Part shown: piece by piece, positions 39,921 to 51,959 of the stretch
Position numbering within the stretch: the stretch's first letter is position 1
Layout of the letters: every line of letters starts with the position of its first letter
Source: Chara braunii
Lineage: Eukaryota; Plantae; Charophyceae
Direction: 5' to 3'
DNA length: 64,000 nucleotides
Assembly (NCBI GenBank): GCA_003427395.1
Contig: BFEA01000013.1
Location: 2,043,106 to 2,107,105, forward strand
Translations under genes and position numbers: made by a program
Notes under the pieces: model-generated
What the model was told of the DNA's origin: nothing
Database searches by the model: none
What the model saw: the letters and a program-made list of their open reading frames with translations, nothing else

Positions 39921-42011
39921 GCTGATAAATATACACAACAAACTTTTTGAAGTTTTTTTCCCTTGTTTCATGTGCCCCCACTCTCGAGATCTGTTTTGAC
40001 TTTTGTTCTTGCTTTATCAATTACCTGACATTTTGTTTGGAACTCTTTTGTTATGTTTGTTGATTGTAGAGGTGGGGAAAGTGCGTAGGCTTGACTTTTT
40101 CACCACTTATTATATTTGATTTGACAAATTGACATGCTCCCATTCTTATTTTGCGACATCCTTCTTCACTGGCGGTGTGATATCAGTTTATTTAATTATT
40201 TATGTATTGTAGTTTTATGGAACTATTTATGTAAGTGGTGAAAGATCGGAGGTCGTGTTACCATGATCTGGCCTAGGTGGTAGTGGTTGTCAATGACAAG
40301 CAGTGTTGGCACCCGCATTCACAAAGACCGCAACACCCCAGACCTTGTGTTCTGAGGGGCTGCAGCTAGTAGTCCGAAGAGTCATGCAGACCCCTCCACG
40401 TCTCACGCCATAATGCAAAGTCTGATAATTTTGACAATGTGCACCTCTTCATCATGGCAAGTAGCCCTTCACAAAACTCCATTATCGGTTCTCTATCATG
40501 GGACTGATTTTCGCTCCTAGGTGCAGAGTTTGCACCACCACATCTCACACCATACTCTGCAGCGAGGAGCGAAAACCGGACCCATGATTTTCGCTCCTAG
40601 GTGCATAGTTTGGGCCCCCACATCTCACACCATACTCTGCACCGAGGAGGGGAAACTGGACCCATGATTTTCGCTGCTAGGTGCAGAGTTTGCACCTCCA
40701 CATCTCACACCGTACTCCGCTCCGAGGAGAGAAAACCGGACCATGATTTTCACTCTTAGGTGCAGAGTTTACACCTCCGCATCTTATACCATACTTTGCA
40801 TCGAGGAGCGAAAACTGCACCCACGATAGAGAACCAGTAATGGAGTCTTGTGTAGGGCTACTTGCCATGGTGAAGAGGTGCACGTTATCAGAATTATCAT
40901 ACTTTGTGTTATGGCGTGGGATGAGGGGGTGTCTGCATGACTCTGGACTGCTAGCTTGAACGAGATGCAGCCCCTCAGAAGACAAGCTGTTGCGGTCCTT
41001 GGGAATGCGGGTGCCGTTGGTGTATGTTGAATGTGCAATCAGTAATTTACCTGACAAAAATCACCAGCACGCAGCGAGCTCTCCGGGGTGCAAATTGGAG
41101 TCCTGGGCTAGTTTCCTTTTTTTTTTTTTCCACCCCCAAACCGAGTCTCTGGTTAGGCTTGACCCCATAATGGCCCCCCAATAATAGTTCAGACAGCGAG
41201 CATCCAGAAAGCTCTATCTTTCTGTCCGATTCTCTATGCTCTTCTCTGTCAAACTTTTGCATGCCCGTGACGAGCAGCCAGATTGGTGCCCCCCAGAATA
41301 CATGGGGCATGTGTGCTGTGTGTGGACAAAAACAAAAAGAGTACAGATTTTGAAAAAGAGAGTTAGCCTCAGGCAATCTGACAGTTTAAACTCTATGTGG
41401 ACTTCCCTAAGAGCTCCTCTATGTGAACCGCATTACCTATTAGGACTACCCCCGCAAACAAAAGCAGAGAGCATGAAGGGTGTAGTGGGCTGGTGGCAGC
41501 TCGATAGCAGCTGACCCATGTCATATTTATCTAGTGCATCTTTTTTTGGTCAGCAAAACTTTTCATTGGTGCATAAGGTTTTTTTTTTTGGAATGCCATG
41601 AGGGTGGCGGGGGAGAGCGGGGAAGAAAGGGGGGGGGGGGTGTTGTCTTCTGCCACCATTTTTTTTCTCTTTATGGGTTTAGGACCCAAATGTTCTTGTG
41701 TGAGGTGAGGCTGCTGACAGATACTGCTTGAGCGATCAGATGACCTTGAATTTTACTTTGAAAACAGAATGACGGCTTTGAGTAAAGAAACAAGGTAAAA
41801 GGATGATTACAAGCCTCCCTTACTTCAGCAGGGGCAAGCAGTGTGGCCAATAAATACTGAGGACTGGTTAATCGGAAGCTGATACATATACAAAGCGAAC
41901 TTTTTGAAGTTTTTTTCCCTCATTTCATTTGCCCCCGCTCTCGAGATCTGCTTTGGATTTGGTTCTTGCTTGATCAATTGCCTGACATTTTGTTTGGAAC
42001 TCTTTTGTTAT
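39921..42011 (+). repeat. ~115-135 bp direct repeat pair (39921-40033 and 41878-42011)
   Basis: Shared GCTGAT...AACTTTTTGAAGTTTTTT...CTCTCGAGATCTG...CCTGACATTTTGTTTGGAACTCTTTTGTTAT. Confidence 0.75.
40308..41015. mobile_element. Non-autonomous foldback element: ~195-bp TIRs around four 79-80 bp hairpin repeats
   Basis: GGCACCCGCATTC...GAATGCGGGTGCC termini with GTT on both flanks. Internal units start at 40506, 40586, 40666 and 40745. Confidence 0.82.
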
Positions 42012-42522
42012 CCAAACTTCAGGTGATTTTTTCACCAATTACAAAATTTGTCTGCCTTGCCTTTCTGCCTGCCTCCCTTCGTGCTTGCCTCCCTACTTGG
42101 CTAACTCCCTATTAGTCTGTCTTTTTTTTTTTCGTGATTGGTGCAAAAAGAAAAAAAATATTTCGTAACTTTCAGAGGTTGTCTAACTGGCTCGTTGTCT
42201 GCCTGTCTGGATGTTTGGGTGTTTCTCTCTCTATCTGGCTCTGTGAGTTTGCCCTATATGGCTGTCTAGTTCGCTGTCTGGTTGCTTGTCTATTTTTCTC
42301 GCTGGCTGCCTGACTGTCTGCCTTGCCTGCCTGCATCCTCCCTGTCAGTCTGTATCTCTCTGTCTGTCTGTCAGTCTGTCTGTTTGTCTGTCCGGTTGTC
42401 TGTCCGACTGTCTGTCTGTCTCTATCTGTGTGTGGATTACTCTCTTTGTCTGTAATACACTTTTTATCATATGTGGGTGAAACCGCGTTGGTCCTTCTTA
42501 TTGTTAAAGCAAAAAGTATGGA

Positions 42523-42591
<69 letters not shown>

Positions 42592-42592
42592 N

Positions 42593-42678
<86 letters not shown>

Positions 42679-43199
42679 ATATGTATTTGTTTCCACATTT
42701 GATCAAAACTTCAAAAGGTTACTTGTTCCCAAATGAACGTTGTTCTGGGTCATCAACTCACACTTTTTTTTTCGGTCCTGAATGCCGGTGTGATTTTGAC
42801 TCCATTGCAGGTACATGAACAAGGTTAGATTCAACTTTCTTCTTTTGATCATATGCCAGATCGACCACGAAAAGAAATCGATGACAGAAATCGAGAGAAT
42901 CAACCAGCGCACAGAGAGGTTAAAGAGGAGAAGACTTATTTGTTAACAAGTGGAGAGCAACAATTTCGGGCCCTTGATCAGACCAGGACAAGTGGCAGAA
43001 TCAACTTGCGGACAACATTGGCCATAGTGCCTCGCTCATCCCAAACCGTTTATTCACAGAGAGAGATGAACGGTGTTTGACATTAAATATTTGGAATCAC
43101 TGCAGTTACTTTTTGGGACCACTGCAATTATTATTTCTTTGCTTTGCTATACTTGGTCATACGCATAGCCATAGTGCCTCAGTTATCCCAGCGAATGCA

Positions 43200-43200
43200 C

Positions 43201-43261
<61 letters not shown>

Positions 43262-43364
43262 GTTTGAAATAGATGAGTGTTAATGACTCCGGTTACTACA
43301 TTTCATTTGTTCGCTGTGTTGTGTTGAGGGGTAGTGTTAGCCAGAGTGCCTTCCTCAGAGAGAG

Positions 43365-43438
<74 letters not shown>

Positions 43439-43537
43439 TGTTTGAAATTGAAGAGTGTGGATGAATCCACTTACTACATTTCATTGGTTCGCTGTGTTGT
43501 GCTGACGGGTAGTCTTGGCCAGAGTGCCTTCCTCATC
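43200..43537 (+). repeat. Two copies of (GA)n plus a ~100-bp unit
   Basis: ATG(A/G)TGTTTGAAAT...ACTACATTTCATT.GTTCGCTGTGTTGTG...GCCAGAGTGCCTTCCTCA occurs twice. Confidence 0.8.
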
Positions 43538-44595
43538 TCAAACAATTCAGTGATTGATGCAAGGGACGCTGGGCCCGCTTCCCAGGATATATTGAAAATT
43601 TTGGTTTTCATCAACAAGTCTTTTCTTATTCCTCGACTTTCTCCCTCAACTCCTCTTCATCCTCTTCCTCCTCCCCCTCCTGTTACTTCTCCTCCCTTCT
43701 CTTAGTTGTGATCGTCCTCTTCCGCTTGCTCTTTGTCTTGCTCTTCCTCTTATCATTGTCAATAATTCTTATTACATTTATTATTTAAATATTGTTTTTG
43801 TAATATAATGACTAGTAATAGAAACGGACACATCCCTGTTTGCTAGTATCATTATTATCAGTCTTTTTTTCTGCACTTATCATTCTTAACTGTTATATTA
43901 TTAAATTCCAAAGATTAGTAATGAAAACGGATATATCATGCCCAACTAGATTTGAGTTTGCCTGTCTGACGGTCTGTTTGCCGTGCGCCATGTCTGTTTG
44001 CCTAGCTTGCCTACTTGGCTTGCTCGCGTGCCTGACTTGCCTGCCCACCTGGCTGCGTGGCTGAGTGACCATCTGACAGTCTGTCTGGTTCCTGCCTGCC
44101 TACATACCAGCCCGCCTGCGTGTCAGTTTGCTCATCTCTTTTGTGTGTCTGTTTGTATGTTTCTCTGTCTGTTTGTCTGATTCGTTGGCTGGCTGACTGC
44201 CTATCTGCCTGCCTGTCTGCCTGCCTGCCTGCCTGCCTGCCTACCTACCTGCCTAGCTGCTTGTGCCTCTCCATCTGTATCACACTGTCTGCCTCGTTCT
44301 CACTGCATAGCGCCAGAAAGATAGCTTGTATGCATACATTCACCAGGAAGCCTTCATTATTCGCAGCATGAAGAATAGTAATATAAAGGGATACAACATA
44401 CACAGCTAGATCGGAGCCTGCCAGCTTGCCTAGCTACTTGGTTGGCAGTCTTCCCGGCTTGTCTGCCATCGTGGCTTGCCTGCCTGCCAGGCTTCTCTGC
44501 CTTGCTTGCCTGCTTGCTTGTCTGACTTTCGATTTGTGTGTGTCTGTCAGCCTATCTGTTTGTGTGTGTTCCATCAATGATTACAGATGAGCCAC

Positions 44596-46400
44596 AAAAA
44601 AAAAGAAGATGAAAAAAAACAAATTGCTCTATTTTTCGGCGACTGGGGGGGGTGGGGTAAGTGCAGGTGGAGGAGCCAAAAAAAAAAAAACTAAGTAAGA
44701 AAAGAAAAAAAAGAGAACAAATAGCTCTAATCTTCGACGAAAGGGGGGGATGGGGTAAGAGGAGGTGGTGGGAAAAAAAAACTAAGTAAGAAAAGAAAAC
44801 AAAGAAAACAAATAGCTCTATTTTTCGGCGAATGGGGGGGGTGGGGTAAGTGCAGGTGGAGGAGGAGCGNAAAAAAAAAAATTGAGGAAAAAAATAATAA
44901 AAAAAACAAACATTTCTATTCTTCGGCGAATAGGGGGGGTAGGGTAAGAGGAGGTGTAGGAGGAGCGGAAAAAAAAAAAACTAAGTAAGAAAAGAAAAAA
45001 AAGAGAACAAATAGCTCTAATCTTCGATGAAAGGGGGGGATGGGGTAAGAGGAGGTGGTGGGGAAAAAAAAACTAAGTAAGAAAAGAAAACAAAGAAAAC
45101 AAATAACTCTATTTTTCGGCGAATGGGGGGGGTGGGGTAAGTGCAGGTGGAGGAGGAGCGAAAAAAAAAAAACTAAGTAAGGTGGAGGAGGAGCGAAAAA
45201 AAAAAAACTAAGTAAGAAAAGAAAAAAAAGAGAACAAATAGCTCTAATCTTGGGGGGGATGGTGTAAGAGGAGGTGGTGGGAAAAAAAATGTAAGTAAGA
45301 AAAGAAAACAAAGAAAACAAATAGCTCTATTTTTCGGCGAATGGGGGGGTGGGGTAAGTGCAGGTGGAGGAGGAGCGGAAAAAAAAAACTGAGTAAAAAA
45401 AGAATTAAAAAAACAAATATTTCTATTCTTCGGTGAATGGGGAAGGGGTGGGGTAAGAGGAGGTGGAGGAGGAGCGGAAAAAAAAAAAAACTAAGTAAAA
45501 AAAGAAAAGAAAAAAAGAACAAATAACTTTATTTTTCAGGGAATGGGGGGGGTGGGGTAAGAGGTTGAGGAGGAGGGAAAAAAAACTAAGTAAGCAAAGA
45601 AAAAAAAGAAAACGAATAGCTTTATTCTTCGAGCAATGGGGGGGGCTGGGGTAAGAGGTTGAGAAGGAGGGAAAAAAAGACTAAGTAAGCAAAGAAAAAA
45701 AAAAAAAACACATCGCTCTATTCTTCGGGGAATGGGGGGGATGGGGTAAGAGGTGGAGGAGGAGCAGGAACACAAAATTAAGTAAGAAAATAAAAACAAG
45801 AAAAAAAATAGCTCTATTCTTCGCTGAATGGGGGGGTGGGGTAAGAGGTTGAGGAGGAGCAGAAAAAAAACGAAGTAAAAAAAAAAAAAAAAAAAAAAAC
45901 AAATAGCTCTATTCTTGCTATTTATTTTCCATTTCTTCTTTGGTAACTTCAATTTTTTTTTCAATCTCCCTTACCTCACCCCATTCCTTACTTTCGACGA
46001 AGATTAGAGCTATTTATTTTCGTTATCTTCTTTGGTAACTTGGGCAATTTGGAATTAAAAAAAAACAAAGGCTGATTTGTTTTCGTTTTTTTCTTTGATA
46101 AGTTAACTGTTATTTGTCGAAGTTAACTGGTATTTGTTTTTATTTTTTTCTTTGATAAGTTAATCCTCCTCCACACCCCATCCCCCTATTTCCCCGAAGT
46201 TTATGACTATTTTTTTTCAATCCCCCTGACCACACCCCATCCCTCTCTTTTCGGCGAAGAATAGAGCTATTTGTTTTCTTTTTTTTTCTTTGCTTACTTA
46301 GGTTTTTTTTTTTTTTTTTCCTTCTCCACCTCTTACCCCATCCCTCCTTTTCGGCGGAAAATAGAACCTATTTGCTTCTTTTTTTTTTTTCTTTGCTTAC
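44596..46400. repeat. ~95-105 bp purine-rich satellite (about 13 units), with inverted degenerate units after ~45960
   Basis: Repeated AAATAGCTCTATT(C/T)TTCGGCGAATGGGGGGG.TGGGGTAAG..GGAGGAGC..AAAACTAAGTAAG. Reverse-complement TTCGGCGAAGAATAGAGCTATTTG lies near 46250. Confidence 0.9.
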
Positions 46401-47579
46401 AAGTATATGGTGTGAGACAGGAGAAAGACTTAAAACCAAAAGCAAAAAAAAAACAAAAAACAAAAACAAATAATATTCATCGTATCATTAAAAATAACAA
46501 ATCTCACATTGGTCAACGAAAAGAGATACCAACAACAACAGTGTTTACAGATTAACCATACTTCCTTGACGAAGGGGAACACTCACAACAACTTTCATTG
46601 ACGAACAAGTGTTCTTCTTCAACGAGGGTCACCAAAAATTTGTTGCAAGCTTCAGTGACTTGTTCGGCGACGTTTTCGGTGGTCATTAGCTGCGAGTGCA
46701 TTACTAACTCGCTGATTCCAGTAAGATAGGATAAGTGTGATCTTGACTCAGAGAGGCTTATCACCCTTTTGAAACTCTGATTCGATCCTTATCATGCGAT
46801 TCCTCCCTGAATTGCATGAATGGTATTGCTTGAGGTCATTATGTATATAGGGCTCATAATTAACTTATACGAGGGAAGAAACATAGTAGAACCATTAGGA
46901 CAAACAGGCTGGGAATGAATTTTGTTCATTACCTAGACCAATCTGGTGAGCGAATTAATAGTGAGGATAAAAGTTAGGCGGTAGGTCGACGGTGAGCACC
47001 AAACAGTGGGTCACAAGGCTAGAAGAGATCTTCTAGATCCCAACGTCGAAGAAAAGGCGTTAAGATTCTTTCGGACTGTGCTGTGTCTACAGGGTTCAGC
47101 GCTCTTGGAGAGGACTATGGAAGAAATCCGTAAAGGAACTATAAATTCTGTTGTCATTGGATAACAGGTCGGTAGAACTCTGACTCAACTTCCACCATGG
47201 CTTGACACCCACACCTAAGACAAGACCTAAGAAGGGAACAGATAAATCTTACCCCTGTATCTATGCCTACATTGTCCAAATCACACTCAGGAGTCTTCAA
47301 AAATGTGAGGGGCTGAGGTAAAAGGAGTCAGGGTTGGGAAGGAATGTTGTTTTCAAGGGTTTGGGGCGTGAGTGACATGCTATGAATGGATTAAGGTTTG
47401 ACACTTGTAGCGCATTTTGTGTCTGCATCTGCATGTGTGTATGTGATGTCTTGCATCTGCACAAGTGTTGGACGTTTGTGCTGTCTTCTGAATTTGGGAC
47501 CGTCTGAGAAATTCGGGCAAAGGAACACGACAATCGTGAAAGTGAGGTCCAGCCCTCAGTCAGCTCCCCTGATCTACAT

Positions 47580-47620
<41 letters not shown>

Positions 47621-48689
47621 CACGTGAATGGGATCGTAAGTTGGTCGGGTCATGAAAAGTTATTTGCCTAGACTTTCGTTTGAGAGAATAAAAGACTACA
47701 AAGGGGTTCGACCCTGACAATTCTCACATGATGAGCAAAGTAAACGTTGAGTCATTGTCATAGTTAGTTACTAAGCGTGGAAGACTGTCCTAGAAAATTC
47801 GACCGGATTAATACTCGGTCCGAAGTGTTAGCACCTCGGGGCACGACATACGGGTCAATCTTAAGGCGTTCTACCGCGCGTATGCCTATGCTACGACGAT
47901 CGAAAAAACGCCCTCGACTGGCCTACCTCTGCGATTGCATGTAAAAGCCTTCGTACGTGGGTCAGTAGCTTAACAGGGATACGCCCACCTAAGGGATGGT
48001 GACAGCTCCCGCAAGTGAAGGTAATGTTGTACCTCGTGGGATCCCTAACCTGTCGTAGGGAGTCGCGAGAGGTATAGCGCGCGCGCACGGTCGGAGTGGT
48101 GTTTCGTCAGAGTGAACAAAAGACTCCTGCGTGACACGATCGTGAGTCCGACACTAAAAACATTACTTTACGTCTGGGTGTGGGACCGCCGCGCGCGACA
48201 ACGTCATTCTTGCGAAAGAAGCAGGGTTGGTTAAACTTCCTTTTAAATTTTTTCTTTCTTGGCCGCGGTGGAGGCGACGATGGGGTCCAACCACAGTGCT
48301 GGCGACCTCTTGCTGCTCTGACTCAGGGGCCTGCTCCCAGAACGAGATCCAGTAGCCCAAGATCCCAGTGTACTCCTCAGATCACCCACCTATGGAACGT
48401 ACTCAGGCGTATCCAGATCACCCACCTCTGGAACGTACTCAGGCGTATCCAGCTTCATCATCCATTGAACGTCCTTGCCACTCCAAGGGTCCTCCTCTTC
48501 AAAAGGCTTGAGTATCAGTTCAGCCTTCTGTTCATATCCCTTTGGCGCATGCCAAATGGGATGACCAACGAAGCTAGGCACTCGCAAAGACCACTCATTA
48601 ATGTGAAGGCGAATGTCTTCCTCCTGGTCCAAAAAGCCATCAACAGGGGGCGTATTTTCTATTGCCTCCCCTTCTTGCTTATCCCAGTT

Positions 48690-49140
48690 GATGCGACTTA
48701 GCCCATCTGCTTTATTCTTACTCCCCGAGATTCGCTCCAACTCAAAGTCGAACATCCAGATCTATGTTAACCACCTGGCAACTGTTGGATCGGATGGAAC
48801 GTAGTTCGTTAGGTAAAAGGCTAGAGCAGTCGGATCCACCCTCAATACAAACGTTCTGTCAAAGATGTAGTTTCGAAAAATCCGTAGGCGGTGAAGGACA
48901 GCGAGAGTCTCTCTCTTGAATTGAGAATAATTTATTTCCATCATACACAGAGTTCGACTCTCAAAACGCAGTGGTCTCTCTTTTCCTTCAATATCTGTTT
49001 GGATCATAACTCTACCCAAAGCAGTTGGTCCAGCATCTGTCTCAACAATGAATGGCCTCACCTCTGTAGCGTCATAGTCCGACGCTCCTAATATCGATCC
49101 TCCTTCCCGACACTCTTCCTTCATTCCTGCCACCGCCTTC
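48690..49140 (-). pseudogene. Gypsy RNase H domain
   Basis: PFIVETDAG...PLRFESRTL...YSQFKRETLAV...RVDPTAL...ARWLT, then FDFELERISGSKNKADGLSR. Confidence 0.9.
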
Positions 49141-49199
49141 TCTTGATTTTCACCCAAACCCATTCTTGATCCTGACGAACCAACTTCCTCAATTGCTCT

Positions 49200-50110
49200 C
49201 TTTTGGCAGCAAAGTTTTTGACGAGGGTCCTCCAAAATCCACACGTGCCGAGGAAGCTCCTTACATCTGTTATCGAATGGAATGACAACGGTCATTCGAT
49301 AATCTTGTCCGTCTTCTTAACGTCTTGCCGTCGGCCACTCCAACTACAGACGAATCCCAAGATGGTAGCTTCCCTCATGCAATGTCTAGATTTGGCTCCA
49401 CTAGCCGTAAGGTTATGTTCTTCAAGCAAATTTATGACTTTATCAAGGTCCTNAACATGCTTNCAGACAAAACGCCTTACTCCTGGCAAGACCTCATCGT
49501 CCTNTTTCTTTCTNGGTCTCTTTANTGCCAAGTCATCGATATATGGNTGCNTAATATGCGGACTAACTGTTTGCATGGCCCGAATCATATGTCTCTGAAC
49601 CATTGCTACAACATTCGTCCACCCTTCTGGAGTCACATTCATATGGATAAGGCCTCGAGGTGTATACATCGCTGTTACTGGTCTGTCCGATGGATAGACC
49701 GGAAACTGGTTATATCCGGAATAGAGGTCAATGAGTGAGATTATTAGCCTCCCAGCACATGACTCCGACAACGCATCTGCATTTGGCAAGCCTCCTGCAT
49801 CCCACAATGTCACAGCATTCAGCCTTTGCAAATCCTGCACCCACCTCAATGTCCCATTAGGCTTGATGAAACAAAATCACGGGGACGCGCAGGGTCCGCT
49901 CAAATAATCGGCGACGTGCGTGCGAACTTTGTCATCAAGGTAATCTACCACCTTCTTCTCTTCGTCATGATTAGGATATCGTGCCCCTCTTAAGTTTCAT
50001 GGCTCATGTGACACGGTATGGATGTGGATCATAGGAATCTTGTCTACATCCAACCTACCGCGCTCCTCATCGCTAAACGCATAGGCGCGATGCCTTTTCT
50101 TCATTAGCTC
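49200..50110 (-). pseudogene. Gypsy reverse transcriptase domain
   Basis: RWVQDLQRLNAVT, SLIDLYSGYNQ, PEGWTN, PYIDDL, KSRHCMREATILGFV. Confidence 0.93.
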
Positions 50111-50739
50111 TATCATTCACGCACTTTCTCGGGGCAACATAAAATCATATTCCTTTACTTTCAGCTTCCCTTCGTTCCCCTCATTGTTACGACATAACCC
50201 TACTGAGGCATTCTCCTTCATCTGCCGTATCAAAGCTCATTCTCGCTCGTAGTATACCTCCTCATCTTCAGTAACGAGAACGAAAACTGGGCGACACTTT
50301 TTATCTATCGTCTTGTACCGCCTTTGGGAACCCTGCTTGAGTCGTCCCCTAAAAAAGGTCGACTAACCGTCTGTGCGTGCGCCATAGTAATGTCCCTACT
50401 CCCCCTTGGAAACCGATAAATCAGCTCCATCTCTTCTGGTCGGGGACACTCCAGGACTTGTTCCCTCAGCGCCTGAATGGCGTCTGGATCCACTATTTCA
50501 TGCATGGCCACTATGTCCATGACCTTATTCACATCAGACAAGCTGAGTGCGAATGCTTCCTCCCTTACTTCTCCTTCAGGCTCCGCCATAAGTTTCTGAC
50601 GCTCGTCCTCTGACTCTTCAATAGTGAAGAAACCAGGGTTGGGCCTATTCCTTATGCTCCGTGGTCCAATGTTTCGGCAGGTAATTACCTCATAATTCCA
50701 CACGTTGGATCACATAAAATCAAGATCAGTGACCCATCA

Positions 50740-51045
50740 TGTTTGTTGAACATTAGGGTCTCTGTCCTGCATAAAAATGATCTCCCCAGGNGAATGCCAT
50801 GGTCCACGTNTGACCTTTACTCTTCCGATTTCTAAGAGTACATTCGAGGCAATCCCGCAGAACACGGCCTTGCAGTTTGCCCCATGCAAAATNCCGCAAT
50901 TCGAGCGGTNTATTTCCAGTCCAAACCTGAGTGCGTCAGCTTCGCGGATAATATTCATCTCTGCCCCCGTATCCACCATCGCTGCGCACTTGGAACCTTT
51001 TACCACTAAGTCCACCATACCGCATGTCACACACTTCCAGTCCAT
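50740..51045 (-). pseudogene. Gypsy aspartic protease
   Basis: AMVDTGAEMNIIRE, LHGAN. Confidence 0.88.
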
Positions 51046-51959
51046 CTTCGTTCCTGGTTCTGCCCATTCTACCTCCTTTGGCAGAATTCACACTGAGATG
51101 GACACTTGGTACCAGACGCCTCAAAAGCCTACCCTTTAGCTCATTGTGGAGCCTTGGGGCGGACGCCAAGATCTCCTTCGGGGTCATAAGATCATTATGG
51201 CCCTCAAGTAGCCTGTCGATCACTCTTTCCACATCAAAACCTTCCTCGAGCCGGACCGCGTATTTCTTCTTCTTTGGCGTTGTGTCGTGCAGAACTGGCT
51301 CGACTTCTTTTCCTGGGAACCCCTTTTCCTTGCCCTTTGTTCGGCCCTCAGATCTTCCTCTTGTCCGGGCCTCTCATCCTCTTCATCTTCATCATCATCC
51401 TCCTCTACTTGCATAGACTCCTTTCTACGTTCTGGCTCTTGCTCTCTCTGAGGCGGGTCCTCGCTCGCCCCTGCCTTTGCCTGTCCCCTAGTCCGTGCGG
51501 TCAATGCGGCTCGTGCCAACGGAGTAGAGGGTCTGTGGGTCATCCCAGACCTAGGCCCTTAACTCACTGTGGTAACTCCGCGGTATCCTTGCCTTCCTGA
51601 CATACATTTATGACCTGAATCATAAAGGAAGACCTTAGGGATACCAGCCTTCCAACTCTCTACCTCTTCACATATATCCGTCAATTTTTGCTGGTATTGT
51701 GCCATCTTATCCCACAAATCCTCAATCTTTCCCAAAAGGACAGACATTGGCTCCACCCCTTCACCCTCACTCTCATCGTCTGACTCGATGACTATAGGCT
51801 CTTCCTTTATGACCCCCGCCTGTAGTCTTAGAGTCACCTCCTCATCGCCTTCCACTTCGTCTACTCCTATTGTCGGGTCATCCTTCTCCTGCCATAATCT
51901 GAAAGTGGCAGGCGGCGCTTGTCGTGCAACTACCCTTTTTTGGGCTTCCGCCCTTACTC

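Larger units (their letters stand above)
21229..42946 (+). pseudogene. KDZ (Kyakuja-Dileera-Zisupton) transposase with CxC5/CxC6-like clusters and a chromodomain-like insert; exons 21229-21803, 22202-22457, 24932-~25305, 26545-26879, 38316-38478, 38801-38945, 42811-42946
   Basis: Spliced translation gives the ordered KDZ motifs CPHC..SYSYY, ET....LL, RLEDAYF, CHVDGHFKVCRSRC..GCPET..WCQKH, STCG...SCG...ESCTQ|VY, PEYMGYDDMCHL, V|DFFHFKNH..WC...NP, NMSICEQRFKW and MR|YMNKVRFNF. Five of six junctions are phase-consistent GT-AG. Lesions: frameshift near 26845 and TAG at 38929. Confidence 0.82.

Noticed and set aside
40506-40823. CRISPR or attC-like palindromic array
   Set aside because: Units are contiguous with homologous loops and no unique spacers or cassettes, and they lie inside a TIR element.
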